DNA of 64,000 bases from Escherichia coli (GCF_024700885.2 NZ_CP117016.1), one strand, 5' to 3'. Counted from the stretch's first letter, positions 19,896 to 33,521 are shown. Program-made: numbers and translations. The notes: generated from the sequence alone by a model not told the origin.

Positions 19896-20488
19896 TATTC
19901 ATTCTCCTGAGAAAAATTCCGGACCTGCGGCAATCCTTGCCAGCGCCTGGCGTGGGGATGTTCGAGGCCAAATTGATCCAGCACGCGGGCTACCACGTGG
20001 TGGACAATGTCATCTACCGTTTCGGGATGGTTATAAAAGGCAGGCATCGGCGGCACCATCGCCACGCCCATGCGTGAAAGTGCGAGCATATTTTCGAGAT
20101 GGATGGTGCTAAGCGGCATTTCACGCGGCACCAGCACTAGTTTGCGGCCTTCTTTGAGCACGACGTCCGCCGCGCGCCCTACCAGGCCATCGGCGTAACC
20201 GGCACGGATACCGGCGAGCGTTTTCATACTGCACGGAATAACGATCATGCCGTCGGTACGAAAGGAACCTGAGGAGATGGTCGCCGCCTGATCCGCCGGG
20301 TTATGACTGAAGTCTGCGAGGGCAGCAACATCGCGAGCGCTGTAAGGCGTTTCCAGTTCAATGGTGGTTTTCGCCCACTTCGACATCACCAGATGAGTCT
20401 CGACATTCGGCATCTCCCGCAGCGCTTGCAGTAATGCCACCCCAAGAGGCGCACCGGTAGCCCCTGTCATCCCGACGATCAGTCTCAT
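19895..20488 (-). CDS. UbiX/Pad1-family flavin prenyltransferase
   Basis: 197 aa, N-terminal MRLIVGMTGATGAPLG flavoprotein motif. Confidence 0.85.
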   Translation of the reverse strand: MRLIVGMTGATGAPLGVALLQALREMPNVETHLVMSKWAKTTIELETPYSARDVAALADFSHNPADQAATISSGSFRTDGMIVIPCSMKTLAGIRAGYADGLVGRAADVVLKEGRKLVLVPREMPLSTIHLENMLALSRMGVAMVPPMPAFYNHPETVDDIVHHVVARVLDQFGLEHPHARRWQGLPQVRNFSQENE

Positions 20489-20601
20489 TGTTTATTCTCT
20501 TAATTGTTCGTATACGAACGTTATTATTAAAATACGCCTCTGTTTTCATCGCGGCAAGCACTGAAAAGTAACAACATCTTCTTCGTCACTGAAAAACCGC
20601 T

Positions 20602-21042
20602 ATGATAGCCACAGATAGTTTGCCCGGAGTTTACATGGCGTTACGAAATAAAGCGTTCCATCAGTTACGACAGCTTTTTCAGCAGCACACGGCTCGCTGG
20701 CAGCACGAGTTACCTGACCTCACCAAACCACAGTACGCGGTGATGCGCGCCATTGCTGATAAGCCTGGTATCGAACAGGTGGCACTGATGGAAGCAGCAG
20801 TCAGCACCAAAGCAACGCTGGCAGAAATGCTGGCAAGAATGGAAAATCGTGGCTTAGTCAGACGAGAACATGACACCGCTGATAAGCGGCGACGCTTTGT
20901 CTGGCTGACTGCCGAAGGAGAAAAGGTACTTGCTGCGGCGATACCGATTGGTGACAGCGTGGATGAGGAATTTTTGGGGCGTTTGAGTGCAGAAGAGCAG
21001 GAGCTGTTTATGCAGCTGGTGCGCAAGATGATGAACGCATAG
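20602..21042 (+). CDS. MarR/SlyA-family transcriptional regulator
   Basis: 146 aa winged-helix; divergent from the decarboxylase operon. Confidence 0.8.
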   Translation: MIATDSLPGVYMALRNKAFHQLRQLFQQHTARWQHELPDLTKPQYAVMRAIADKPGIEQVALMEAAVSTKATLAEMLARMENRGLVRREHDTADKRRRFVWLTAEGEKVLAAAIPIGDSVDEEFLGRLSAEEQELFMQLVRKMMNA

Positions 21043-21114
21043 GGGGCAAATTTCCGGATGCGACGCTATCGCGTCTTATCCAGACTACAAATACACCGAC
21101 TCACCAACCGAAAG

Positions 21115-21146
21115 AAAAAAGGCCAGCCTCGCTTGAGACTGGCCTT
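21115..21146. terminator. rpoS terminator hairpin (shared with convergent MarR gene)
   Basis: GGCCAG...CTGGCC stem with flanking A/T tracts immediately downstream of the rpoS stop. Confidence 0.5.
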
Positions 21147-21162
21147 TCTGACAGATGCTTAC

Positions 21163-22155
21163 TTACTCGCGGAACAGCGCTTCGATATTCAGCCCCTGCG
21201 TTTGCAGGATTTCGCGCAAACGGCGCAGGCCTTCAACCTGAATCTGGCGAACACGTTCACGGGTGAGGCCAATTTCACGACCTACATCTTCCAGTGTTGC
21301 CGCTTCGTACCCCAGCAAACCGAATCGACGTGCCAGTACTTCACGCTGTTTGGCGTTCAGCTCGAACAGCCATTTGACGATGCTCTGCTTCATATCGTCA
21401 TCTTGCGTGGTATCTTCCGGACCGTTCTCTTTTTCATCGGCCAGGATGTCCAGCAACGCTTTTTCGGAATCACCACCTAGCGGGGTGTCTACCGAGGTAA
21501 TGCGCTCGTTAAGACGAAGCATACGGCTGACGTCATCAACTGGCTTATCCAGTTGCTCTGCGATCTCTTCCGCACTTGGTTCGTGGTCCAGTTTATGGGA
21601 CAACTCGCGTGCGGTTCGCAGGTAAACGTTCAGCTCCTTTACGATGTGAATCGGCAAACGAATAGTACGGGTTTGGTTCATAATCGCCCGTTCGATCGTC
21701 TGGCGAATCCACCAGGTTGCGTATGTTGAGAAGCGGAAACCACGTTCCGGGTCAAACTTCTCTACCGCGCGGATCAGCCCCAGGTTGCCCTCTTCGATCA
21801 GGTCCAGCAACGCCAGACCACGATTGCCATAACGGCGGGCAATTTTTACCACCAGACGCAAGTTACTCTCGATCATCCGGCGGCGGGAGGCAACATCTCC
21901 ACGCAGTGCGCGACGCGCAAAATAAACTTCTTCTTCGGCCGTTAACAGTGGTGAATAACCAATCTCACCAAGGTAAAGCTGAGTCGCGTCCAACACACGC
22001 TGTGTGGCTCCCTGCGATAACAGTTCCTCTTCGGCCAAATCGTTATCACTGGGTTCCTCTTCTACTAAGGCCTTTTCGTCAAAAACCTCAACTCCGTTCT
22101 CATCAAATTCCGCATCTTCATTTAAATCATGAACTTTCAGCGTATTCTGACTCAT
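21163..22155 (-). CDS. rpoS: RNA polymerase sigma factor RpoS (sigma-38)
   Basis: ORF track gives 342 aa; trimmed to [11 protein letters not shown]... (330 aa) matching RpoS. Confidence 0.95.
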   Translation of the reverse strand: MSQNTLKVHDLNEDAEFDENGVEVFDEKALVEEEPSDNDLAEEELLSQGATQRVLDATQLYLGEIGYSPLLTAEEEVYFARRALRGDVASRRRMIESNLRLVVKIARRYGNRGLALLDLIEEGNLGLIRAVEKFDPERGFRFSTYATWWIRQTIERAIMNQTRTIRLPIHIVKELNVYLRTARELSHKLDHEPSAEEIAEQLDKPVDDVSRMLRLNERITSVDTPLGGDSEKALLDILADEKENGPEDTTQDDDMKQSIVKWLFELNAKQREVLARRFGLLGYEAATLEDVGREIGLTRERVRQIQVEGLRRLREILQTQGLNIEALFRE

Positions 22156-22217
22156 AAGGTGGCTCCTACCCGTGATCCCTTGACGGAACATTCAAGCAAA
22201 AGCCTGGTTCCGCCGAT

Positions 22218-23357
22218 TTATCGCTGCGGCAAATAACGCAGCGGGTTTACGGATTTCCCCTTGTAACGAATTTCAAAATGCAAGCGTGTTGAACTGGTTC
22301 CGGTGCTACCCATGGTTGCTATTTTTTGCCCCGCCTTCACTTCTTGTTGTTCCCGGACCAGCATTGTGTCGTTATGGGCGTAGGCACTCAGGTAATCATC
22401 ATTATGTTTGATGATAATCAGATTACCGTAGCCGCGCAGCGCGTTACCGGCATAAACAACGCGGCCATCTGCGGTCGCGATAATTGCCTGTCCTTTGCTG
22501 CCTGCGATATCAATCCCCTTGTTGCCCCCCTCAGAAGCGCCAAAGGTTTCGATCACTTTGCCCTCAGTCGGCCAGCGCCAGGTGGAGATAGGCGTACTGG
22601 TTGATGTACTGCTGACAGTCGGCTCGGTTGTGCTTGCTGTTGGCACCGTTACAGGCGCTGTGACCGTGGTCGCAGTTGGCTTGTTGTTCGGCAACATTTT
22701 GTTAGCACTCTGTTCACCCGAAGACTCAGAATACGTAATTGTCGGTTGCGACGCAACAGCAACGGTGGAATTTTGTGCAGGCTTGATCACAACTCCTTGC
22801 TCTGCTGCGTCGGCCTGGGTAATGGCATTTCCGCCAGTGATTGGCGTACCGGAAGCATTACCCACCTGCAAGGTCTGACCAACGTTCAGCGCGTATGGTG
22901 CCTGAATATTGTTGCGCTGAGCAAGGTCACGGAAATCGTTGCCAGTAATCCAGGCGATATAGAAAAGTGTGTCGCCTTTTTTCACGGTATAGGTACTGCC
23001 GCTATAACTGCCTTTCGGAATGTTCCCATACTGACGGTTATAGACGATGCGTCCGTTTTCCATCTGTACCGGCTGCTGAGCTACTGGCTGCACCGGCTGG
23101 ATTTGCGGTTGTTGAGTGGCCTGAATTTGTGGCTGCTGTACCGGCTGAATTTGCGGTTGCTGAGCTGTAGACGTCGTTCCCATTTTCGGCGGCGGCGTAA
23201 TCAACATACCAGAATTGGTATTTGCAGGCGCATTGCCATTAACGGAGCTGACCGGTGCCGGTGGATTTGAAGTGTCAGAACAGCCTGCCAGCCATAGCGA
23301 AACCAGTGACAAAGCCGCAATGCGGCGAACGGTGAATTTTGGGCTTCCCGCGCTCAT
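22218..23357 (-). CDS. nlpD: Murein hydrolase activator lipoprotein NlpD (LysM plus M23 domains)
   Basis: 379 aa; lipobox LAGC; internal QPQIQ repeats; upstream of rpoS as in K-12. Confidence 0.9.
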   Translation of the reverse strand: MSAGSPKFTVRRIAALSLVSLWLAGCSDTSNPPAPVSSVNGNAPANTNSGMLITPPPKMGTTSTAQQPQIQPVQQPQIQATQQPQIQPVQPVAQQPVQMENGRIVYNRQYGNIPKGSYSGSTYTVKKGDTLFYIAWITGNDFRDLAQRNNIQAPYALNVGQTLQVGNASGTPITGGNAITQADAAEQGVVIKPAQNSTVAVASQPTITYSESSGEQSANKMLPNNKPTATTVTAPVTVPTASTTEPTVSSTSTSTPISTWRWPTEGKVIETFGASEGGNKGIDIAGSKGQAIIATADGRVVYAGNALRGYGNLIIIKHNDDYLSAYAHNDTMLVREQQEVKAGQKIATMGSTGTSSTRLHFEIRYKGKSVNPLRYLPQR

Positions 23358-23496
23358 TTATCCCCCAGGAAAAATTGGTTAATAACCAGTGACATAATTA
23401 CCGTGCAAGGCACCATACTGAACACTGGAAAAGATGTTCACGATACGCTGACCTGCGGCAAAATAACCAGGAAAAATCCAGGTATTTCCTCACGTT

Positions 23497-24858
<1,362 letters not shown>

Positions 24859-24878
<20 letters not shown>

Positions 24879-25908
24879 AATCACCTGTTGTGTTGATAAG
24901 TTCCCTGACAACGCTGGTTGCAAAACTACCCGCCGGAAGCCAGAAACGGATTTCTACGGTGACGTCATCCCACCAGTTCCAGCTTAATTGTTGCGGATAC
25001 AGCAGCATCGCTCTGCGCGCTGCTTCAACTTTTTCGCGCACCAGTAAGGCTTGTAATTCAGTTTCTTCGGCGATAGCTGCTTGTTCGAATGCCAGCGCTT
25101 CACGCTGAGTTCCCCATTCACCACTGCCCGGCAATGCGGCGGTTATCATCAGCTCTTTATCGTTGACGCGACGCTGTAATTCCGCCAGTTCTTCGGTGGT
25201 TGCAACAAACCAGCTACCACGTCCGGCTAATTGTAGCGCATCGCCGTCAACAACTTGATTAACGTCTGCTTTTTTGAGGCGCTCAGCAACAATCTGATTA
25301 AACAACGCACTGCGGGCGGCCGACAACCAAAAACTCCGTTTATTGCGATCGCGCACCGGAGTATTGGTTTGCGCCCAGCGCAGCGCGCCCTGCAAGTTGC
25401 TACCGCCAATCCCAAAACGTTGGGCACCAAAATAGTTAGGCACGCCTTTTACGCAAATATCGATCAGACGTTGTTCAACGTCATCGCGATTGCTCACTTC
25501 GCGCAGAACCAGGGTAAAGGCGTTACCTTTCAGCGCGCCTAAACGCAGCTTGCGCTTGTGCCGCGCATACTCCAGCACCTGGCAGCCTTCCAGTTGAAAG
25601 GCGCTCAGATCGGGCATTTCCTTGCCCGGCACGCGAGCGCATAACCACTGTTCCGTAACAGCATGTTTGTCTTTTTGCCCAGCGAAGCTGACTTCACGGG
25701 CATGAATTTTAAGGAATTTTGCCAGTGCATCCGCCACAAAACGGGTATTGCAGCCGTTTTTGAGGATTCTAACCAGAATATGCTCACCTTCACCATCAGG
25801 CTCAAAGCCCAAATCTTCCACCACCACAAAGTCTTCCGGATTGGCTTTCAGCAGCCCGGTGCCTTGCGGTTTACCGTGGAGGTAAGTGAGATTATCAAAC
25901 TCAATCAT
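24859..25908 (-). CDS. truD: tRNA pseudouridine(13) synthase
   Basis: 349 aa; K-12 synteny. Confidence 0.9.
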
Positions 25909-26384
25909 TTTGTTGCCTTAATGAGTAGCGCCACCGCTTCACAGGCAATCCCTTCCCCACGTCCGGTAAATCCAAGTTTTTCCGTAGTAGTGGCTTTCAC
26001 GTTAACATCATCCATATGGCAGCCGAGATCTTCGGCAATAAACACGCGCATTTGTGGAATGTGCGGCAACATCTTCGGTGCCTGAGCGATGATAGTGACA
26101 TCGACGTTGCCAAGGGTATAACCCTTCGCCTGAATACGACGCCAGGCTTCGCGTAGCAGCTCGCGGCTATCGGCACCTTTAAATGCCGGATCGGTATCCG
26201 GGAACAGTTTGCCGATATCCCCCAGCGCCGCCGCGCCAAGCAATGCATCGGTCAACGCATGGAGCGCCACGTCGCCATCAGAATGCGCCAGCAATCCTTT
26301 TTCGTAAGGAATGCGTACGCCACCAATGATAATTGGGCCTTCACCGCCAAAGGCGTGTACGTCAAAACCGTGTCCAATTCGCAT
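25905..26384 (-). CDS. ispF: 2-C-methyl-D-erythritol 2,4-cyclodiphosphate synthase
   Basis: 159 aa, [10 protein letters not shown] start. Confidence 0.9.
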
Positions 26385-27094
26385 TATGTATTCTCCTGAT
26401 GGATGGTTCGGGTGAGGTAAAACTCGGCCAGTGCCAAATCTTCCGGTCGCGTGACTTTAATGTTATCCGCGCGGCCTTCGACCAACTGCGGATGGAATCC
26501 GCAATATTCCAGCGCCGAGGCTTCGTCGGTAATGGTAGCGCCTTCATTTAGAGCGCGCGTCAGGCAGTCATGTAACAGCTCGCGAGGGAAAAATTGCGGC
26601 GTCAGCGCGTGCCATAAGCCGTTGCGATCAACGGTATGAGCAATGGCATTTTTGCCCGGTTCGGCACGTTTCATCGTATCGCGCACTGGTGCGGCGAGGA
26701 TCCCCCCCGTGCGGCTGGTTTCGCTCAACGCCAACAATCGCGCGAGGTCATCCTGATGCAGACAAGGACGAGCGGCGTCATGCACCAATACCCACTGCGC
26801 GTCGCCAGCGGCTTTCAGACCTGCCAGCACCGAATCGGCACGCTCATCACCGCCATCTACAACGGTGATTTGCGGATGATTCGCCAGAGGAAGTTGTGCA
26901 AAACGGCTATCGCCAGGACTTATGGCAATGACGACACGTTTCACCCGGGGATGCGCCAGCAGCGCATGCACCGAGTGTTCAAGAATGGTTTGATTACCGA
27001 TTGAGAGATATTGCTTAGGACATTCCGTTTGCATTCGACGGCCAAATCCGGCCGCCGGAACCACGGCGCAAACATCCAAATGAGTGGTTGCCAT
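26384..27094 (-). CDS. ispD: 2-C-methyl-D-erythritol 4-phosphate cytidylyltransferase
   Basis: 236 aa; overlaps ispF. Confidence 0.9.
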
Positions 27095-27112
27095 GTTAAT
27101 TCCCGGGCTGAT

Positions 27113-27424
27113 TTATCGATTGTTTTGCCCCGCAGACTGTGCGCGCTTCGACGCGTCAGGCACCAGACGATAAAAAGTTTCGCCCGGCCTGGTCATGCTG
27201 AGTTCATTACGCGCACGCTCTTCGAGCGCCTCCTGGCCGCCATTGAGATCGTCAATTTCGGCAAAAAGTTGATCGTTTCGCGCTTTAAGTTTCGCGTTTG
27301 TAGCTTGCTGTGCCGCCACATCATCATTGACGCGGGTATAGTCATGTATACCGTTCTTACCGAACCACAGCGAATACTGTAGCCAGACCAGAATAGCCAG
27401 CAACAGCAGCGTTAGTTTACCCAT
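27113..27424 (-). CDS. ftsB: Cell division protein FtsB
   Basis: 103 aa, N-terminal TM plus coiled coil. Confidence 0.9.
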
Positions 27425-27617
27425 CCTGCCCCCTGAAAAACGGCATCATCATCCCATGCATCCGAAGACGACTCTACATCCTCTGTTGGGGATACCGCGA
27501 CAACGCGGGCAAATGTACCACATTTGTCCATTGTTACGTATACCCAGGGCGTGCAGAACATAATCTCATTATTAGTTACGGTTTGAATTATGAACAGAGG
27601 AGACAAGAAAGTACAAA

Positions 27618-27941
27618 TTAGCCCAGTAGCCACATAAACAGTGCGCCAAACATAATGCCTACTGTCATCAGGGTGAAAACAATACTGTAGCGTAGCTTTC
27701 CGTCCATCAATGAATGCAGCGCAATCCCCACCACTACCGCGACGGGCATCAGCGCCAGAAAGAAAGGCCAGGTGTAGATAAAGAAGAACAGCGTGTTAGA
27801 GCCATAAATCAACATCGGCATCGCCAGCGCAAATAACCAGGAGATAAAACCGACCACGGCACCAGGCAGTGACCATGTGGTTTCTTCATCCTCAGTAAGG
27901 CTGTCGTTATTTGTTAGTGTAATGTTATGGCTATTACGCAT
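27618..27941 (-). CDS. ygbE: DUF3561 inner membrane protein
   Basis: 107 aa hydrophobic protein; K-12 synteny. Confidence 0.8.
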   Translation of the reverse strand: MRNSHNITLTNNDSLTEDEETTWSLPGAVVGFISWLFALAMPMLIYGSNTLFFFIYTWPFFLALMPVAVVVGIALHSLMDGKLRYSIVFTLMTVGIMFGALFMWLLG

Positions 27942-27990
27942 ATTTGATCCTGTTACTTTGACGAACCGGGCATGGAAACCCGGTGGTGTC

Positions 27991-28596
27991 TCAGGATCTG
28001 ATAATATCGTTCTGTCTCAACAGATCTAATAATTGCTGTACCAAATTTGTTACTAATTGTTCACCATTGAGATGAATTTCTGCCGATTCAGGCGCTTCGT
28101 AAACAGAATCTATTCCCGTAAAGTTACGCAGTTCACCGGCACGCGCTTTCTTATATAAGCCTTTTGGATCGCGGGCTTCGCAAATCGCCAGCGGTGTATC
28201 GACAAACACTTCGATAAAGCGCCCTTCTCCTACGCGTTCGCGAACCATCTGGCGTTCGGCGCGGTGTGGCGAGATGAATGCGGTCAGCACCACCAGTCCG
28301 GCTTCAACCATCAAATTCGCCACTTCACCGACGCGACGGATATTCTCTTTACGATCGGCATCGCTAAAACCGAGATCGCTGCATAATCCGTGGCGAACAT
28401 TGTCGCCATCCAGCAGATACGTACTGACGCCGAGTTTATGTAACGCCTCCTCCAGCGCCCCGGCGACCGTTGATTTACCGGACCCGGAGAGGCCGGTAAA
28501 CCACAGCACTACACCACGATGACCGTGGTGTAGCTCGCGTTGTTGCACAGTGACCGGATGGCTATGCCAGACGACGTTTTCGTCATGCAGCGCCAT
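27991..28596 (-). CDS. cysC: Adenylyl-sulfate kinase
   Basis: 201 aa, Walker [10 protein letters not shown]. Confidence 0.9.
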
Positions 28597-30023
28597 TATT
28601 TATCCCCCAGCAAATCGCGCGCGCCCCAGTGCGGAAAGTGGCGACGAACCAGGGCATTCAATTCCAGTTCGAATGCACTGAATTCAGATGGCGCAGCAGT
28701 TGCCTGGCTAACTGGCTCGTGCACCATACCGGCACCCACGGTCACATTGCTCAGGCGATCGATAAAAATCAGCCCACCGGTAACCGGGTTTTGCTGATAA
28801 CGATCTAACACCAGTGGCTCGTCAAAAGTGAGATCCACCAGGCCGATGCCGTTCAGCGGCAGGTTTTCAACTTCGCGTTGGGTAAGGTTATTAATATCAA
28901 CCTGATAACGAATGCCATCAACACGAGCACGCGTCTTCTTACCGGCAATTTTGATGTCGTAACTCTGGCCTGGGGAAAGCGGCTGTTCCGCCATCCATAC
29001 CACATCCACCGACGCGCTCTGCACAGCCGGTAACGCTTCGTCTGCCGCCAGCAGCAGATCGCCACGGCTGATGTCGATCTCATCCGTTAGCACCAGGGTG
29101 ATCGCTTCTTCGGCAAAGGCTTCTTCGCGATCGCCATCAAAAGTCACGATCCGCGCGACGTTTGATTCCACACCAGAGGGCAGCACTTTGACACGTTGCC
29201 CGACTTCCACTCGACCGGATGCCAGCGTTCCGGCGTAGCCACGAAAATCGAGATTCGGGCGATTAACGTACTGCACCGGGAAGCGCATTGGCTGGGCATC
29301 CACCACTCGCTGGATCTCCACGGTTTCCAGCACTTCGAGCAGTGTCGGACCGCTGTACCACGGCATACTTTCACTTTGCGAAGCCACGTTGTCGCCTTCC
29401 AGTGCAGAGAGCGGCACAAAGCGGATATCCAGATTACCCGGCAGCTGCCCGGCAAACGTCAGATAATCTTCGCGAATACGGGTGAACGTCTCTTCACTGT
29501 AACCCACCAGATCCATTTTGTTGATCGCCACGACCAGATGTTTGATCCCCAACAGTGTGGAGATAAAACTGTGACGACGGGTTTGATCGAGCACGCCTTT
29601 ACGGGCGTCGATCAGTAAGATCGCCAGTTCGCATGTCGATGCGCCGGTCGCCATATTGCGGGTGTACTGCTCGTGCCCAGGGGTGTCGGCGATAATAAAT
29701 TTGCGCTTCTCGGTAGAGAAATAACGGTAAGCCACGTCAATGGTGATGCCCTGTTCGCGCTCAGCTTGCAGGCCGTCCACCAGCAGTGCCAGATCCAGTT
29801 TTTCGCCCTGGGTGCCGTGACGTTTACTGTCGTTATGCAGCGATGAGAGCTGATCTTCGTAGATTTGGCGGGTATCGTGCAGCAGGCGACCAATCAGGGT
29901 ACTTTTGCCGTCATCGACGCTACCACAGGTCAGAAAACGCAGCAGGCTTTTATGTTGTTGCGCAATCATCCAGGCTTCGACGCCGCCTTCATTGGCGATT
30001 TGTTGTGCTAGTGCGGTGTTCAT
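28596..30023 (-). CDS. cysN: Sulfate adenylyltransferase subunit 1 (GTPase)
   Basis: 475 aa, GTP-binding GSVDDGKST. Confidence 0.9.
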
Positions 30024-30024
30024 C

Positions 30025-30933
30025 TTAAAAATACCCCTGACGTTTTTTCAGCTCCATAGACCCCGCCTGGTCGCGGTCAATCACGCGGCCCTGACGTTCA
30101 CTGGTGGTGGAAACCAGCATCTCTTCGATGATCTCCGGCAGTGTTTGTGCATTTGACTCCACCGCGCCGGTCAGCGGCCAGCAGCCCAGCGTACGGAAAC
30201 GCACCATCCGTTTTTTAATCACTTCGCCCGGTTGCAGGTCGATACGGTTGTCATCAATCATCATCAACATACCGTCGCGTTCCAGAACCGGACGTTCCGC
30301 AGCGAGATACAGCGGCACAATGTCGATATTTTCCAGCCAGATGTATTGCCAGATATCCTGCTCGGTCCAGTTAGAGAGCGGGAAGACGCGGATGCTTTCG
30401 CCTTTGTTAATTTGCCCGTTGTAGTTGTGCCACAGCTCCGGGCGCTGATTTTTCGGATCCCAGCGATGGAAGCGGTCACGGAAAGAGTAAATTCGCTCTT
30501 TAGCGCGGGATTTCTCTTCGTCACGGCGCGCACCACCGAAGGCGGCATCAAAACCGTATTTGTTCAGCGCCTGTTTCAGGCCTTCAGTTTTCATAATATC
30601 GGTATGTTTCGCGCTGCCGTGCACGAATGGATTAATCCCCATCGCCACGCCTTCCGGGTTTTTATGCACCAGCAGCTCGCAGCCGTAGGCTTTCGCCGTA
30701 CGATCGCGGAACTCATACATCTCGCGGAATTTCCAGCCGGTATCGACATGCAGCAACGGGAAAGGCAGCGTACCTGGATAAAACGCCTTGCGCGCCAGAT
30801 GCAACATGACGCTGGAATCTTTACCGATAGAGTAGAGCATCACCGGATTTGAGAATTCTGCCGCCACCTCGCGAATAATGTGGATGCTTTCCGCCTCCAG
30901 TTGCCGCAGGTGAGTAAGTCGTTTTTGATCCAT
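30025..30933 (-). CDS. cysD: Sulfate adenylyltransferase subunit 2
   Basis: 302 aa, PAPS-reductase-like fold. Confidence 0.9.
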   Translation of the reverse strand: MDQKRLTHLRQLEAESIHIIREVAAEFSNPVMLYSIGKDSSVMLHLARKAFYPGTLPFPLLHVDTGWKFREMYEFRDRTAKAYGCELLVHKNPEGVAMGINPFVHGSAKHTDIMKTEGLKQALNKYGFDAAFGGARRDEEKSRAKERIYSFRDRFHRWDPKNQRPELWHNYNGQINKGESIRVFPLSNWTEQDIWQYIWLENIDIVPLYLAAERPVLERDGMLMMIDDNRIDLQPGEVIKKRMVRFRTLGCWPLTGAVESNAQTLPEIIEEMLVSTTSERQGRVIDRDQAGSMELKKRQGYF

Positions 30934-31184
30934 AACCGTTCCTTTGCAATACCGCTATTTTCTTGCCATCAGATGTTTCGACTATAGGGAGCGTAAGAGA
31001 ACGAATGAAATTACCAATTAGAATGAGTAGTTCCTTAACGGAATAACGATTTGGCAAAGCTAATATCAAAAAGTGCTTAAGGCACCGGATTTCGGGCGTT
31101 TAGGAAGATTTGAAATTGTTTTAGCGCAGCGGCAGTTTCATACTATGGCGGTAAAAAAATTTGCATGGTATTTAAGGACTCACT

Positions 31185-32222
31185 ATGTTTTCCGCATTGC
31201 GCCACCGTACCGCTGCCCTGGCGCTCGGCGTATGCTTTATTCTCCCCGTACACGCCTCGTCACCTAAACCTGGCGATTTTGCTAATACCCAGGCACGACA
31301 TATTGCTACTTTCTTTCCGGGACGCATGACCGGAACTCCTGCAGAAATGTTATCTGCCGATTATATTCGCCAACAGTTTCAGCAAATGGGTTATCGCAGT
31401 GATATTCGGACATTTAATAGTCGGTATATTTATACCGCCCGCGATAATCGCAAGAGCTGGCATAACGTGACGGGAAGTACGGTGATTGCCGCTCATGAAG
31501 GCAAAGCGCCGCAGCAGATCATCATTATGGCGCATCTGGATACTTACGCCCCGCTGAGCGATGCTGACGCCGATGCCAATCTCGGCGGGCTGACGTTACA
31601 AGGAATGGATGATAATGCCGCAGGTTTAGGTGTCATGCTGGAACTGGCAGAACGCCTGAAAAATACGCCTACCGAGTATGGTATTCGATTTGTGGCGACC
31701 AGTGGTGAAGAGGAAGGGAAATTAGGTGCTGAGAATTTACTCAAGCGGATGAGTGACACCGAAAAGAAAAATACGCTGCTGGTGATTAATCTCGATAACT
31801 TAATTGTTGGCGATAAATTGTATTTCAACAGTGGTGTAAAAACCCCTGAAGCAGTAAGGAAATTAACGCGCGACAGGGCACTGGCAATTGCGCGTAGTCA
31901 TGGAATTGCCGCAACGACCAATCCGGGTTTGAATAAAAATTATCCGAAGGGTACTGGCTGTTGTAATGACGCCGAAGTTTTCGACAAAGCCGGTATTGCC
32001 GTACTTTCGGTAGAAGCAACAAATTGGAATCTTGGGAATAAGGATGGTTATCAGCAACGCGCAAAAACAGCAGCATTCCCTGCGGGAAATAGCTGGCATG
32101 ACGTAAGACTGGATAATCAACAACATATTGATAAGGCACTTCCAGGAAGAATAGAACGTCGCTGCCGTGATGTTATGCGGATAATGCTACCGCTGGTGAA
32201 GGAGCTGGCGAAGGCGTCTTGA
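31185..32222 (+). CDS. iap: Alkaline phosphatase isozyme conversion aminopeptidase
   Basis: 345 aa with signal peptide; divergent from cysD as in K-12. Confidence 0.85.
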   Translation: MFSALRHRTAALALGVCFILPVHASSPKPGDFANTQARHIATFFPGRMTGTPAEMLSADYIRQQFQQMGYRSDIRTFNSRYIYTARDNRKSWHNVTGSTVIAAHEGKAPQQIIIMAHLDTYAPLSDADADANLGGLTLQGMDDNAAGLGVMLELAERLKNTPTEYGIRFVATSGEEEGKLGAENLLKRMSDTEKKNTLLVINLDNLIVGDKLYFNSGVKTPEAVRKLTRDRALAIARSHGIAATTNPGLNKNYPKGTGCCNDAEVFDKAGIAVLSVEATNWNLGNKDGYQQRAKTAAFPAGNSWHDVRLDNQQHIDKALPGRIERRCRDVMRIMLPLVKELAKAS

Positions 32223-32348
32223 TGGGTTTGAAATGATTACTCCCTTGCCTGCAGGAAATCAATGCCACCAGAAACAGAGTATAAAAAAGGGGTGCAGGAG
32301 GCCAAACTTTAACAATTCAATACGCGGGGTTTTACCCCCGCGTGGTGG

Positions 32349-32501
32349 CTACTTCTTCGATTCGTAAGCGAGAACTGCCTTAAACTCCATACCACGTTCT
32401 CTGATACTCAACTCACACAACGAGTCGCCTACCATCAGCGTGAATCCCAGTACTGTACAACACAGTACGATGATTGCCACAAGGGCATATTTTGTCAGCA
32501 T
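32349..32501 (-). CDS. Hok/Gef-family type I toxin (small membrane peptide), apparently intact
   Basis: 50 aa [53 protein letters not shown] with the SLCE...AYES signature of Hok/Gef toxins; GGAGG Shine-Dalgarno 6 nt upstream. Not in the ORF track (under 60 aa). Confidence 0.6.
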   Translation of the reverse strand: MLTKYALVAIIVLCCTVLGFTLMVGDSLCELSIRERGMEFKAVLAYESKK

Positions 32502-32765
32502 GTCTTGCCTCCCTGCAAAGAAGAGACTAACATTCGAATTGCTTAGGTTCGAACGCTGGCCTCAGGTTGATAGAAATATCGCCTGGGGCTTTTGTCCATC
32601 TGGAACCTCGCGAATGCTTAACGCCAGACAGCCTCAAGCACCCAACTCCATTCTATACCTGTTAATTCTCCCTGCGATGTTCACCTTTAAATGCCGGAAT
32701 GCTGCTCGCAAAATAAAAACGCCCCCATCATTTCTGACAGAGGCGTTTAATTTATCCGGCAATAT

Positions 32766-33500
32766 TTACCCTTCGTGTAACCCACATTCCCTTTTTAAGC
32801 CAAAGAAACGCGTTTCTTCTTCCGCCATGCCGGGTTCCCATTTACGGGTTGTATGGGTATCGCCCACCGATAAATATCCTTCGTCCCATAATGGGTGATA
32901 TTTCAGGCCATGTTTTTGCAGGTACTGATAAATAGTTCGGTTATCCCAGTCGATAATCGGCAGCACTTTAAATACGCCACGCTGAATTGCCAGCACCGGT
33001 AAATTGGCGCGGCTGCCGGATTGTTCACGGCGCAGGCCAGCAAACCAGGTTTGCGCGTTAAGTTCTTTCAGCGCCCGGTTCATCGGTTCGACTTTGTTGA
33101 TGTCATTGTACTTTTCAATGCCTTCAACGCCCTGCTCCCACAGTTTGCCGTAGCGCGCTTCCTGCCAGGCGGCGCTTTCGGTAGCGCGGTACACTTTCAG
33201 GTTGAGCTTGAGTTTGTCCGTTAACTCGTCAATAAAGCGGTAGGTTTCCGGGAACAGATAACCCGTATCGGTCAGGATCACCGGGATATCCGGGTGAATC
33301 TGATTCACCAGATGCAGGCTCACCGCCGCCTGAATGCCGAAACTGGAAGAAAGTACATATTCACCGGGCAGATTATCCAGCGCCCAGGCAACGCGGCCTT
33401 CAGCATCCAGTTTTTCCAGTTCGGCGTTAGTTTCTGCCAGCGCCAGAATGCGATCTACCTTCGGCAGTTCGTTCAGGGCGTTTAGATCGAGTTTGGACAT
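32766..33500 (-). CDS. cysH: Phosphoadenosine phosphosulfate reductase
   Basis: ORF trimmed to [12 protein letters not shown]... (244 aa); the track extension reads through a REP element. Confidence 0.9.
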   Translation of the reverse strand: MSKLDLNALNELPKVDRILALAETNAELEKLDAEGRVAWALDNLPGEYVLSSSFGIQAAVSLHLVNQIHPDIPVILTDTGYLFPETYRFIDELTDKLKLNLKVYRATESAAWQEARYGKLWEQGVEGIEKYNDINKVEPMNRALKELNAQTWFAGLRREQSGSRANLPVLAIQRGVFKVLPIIDWDNRTIYQYLQKHGLKYHPLWDEGYLSVGDTHTTRKWEPGMAEEETRFFGLKRECGLHEG

Positions 33501-33521
33501 AGATTCCTCACTGTTTGCCTT

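Noticed and set aside
32440-32898. 152-aa plus-strand ORF spanning the iap-cysH intergenic region
   Set aside because: Overlaps the cysH 3-prime end and the hok-like ORF on the opposite strand, has no ribosome-binding context, and looks like a chance open frame.
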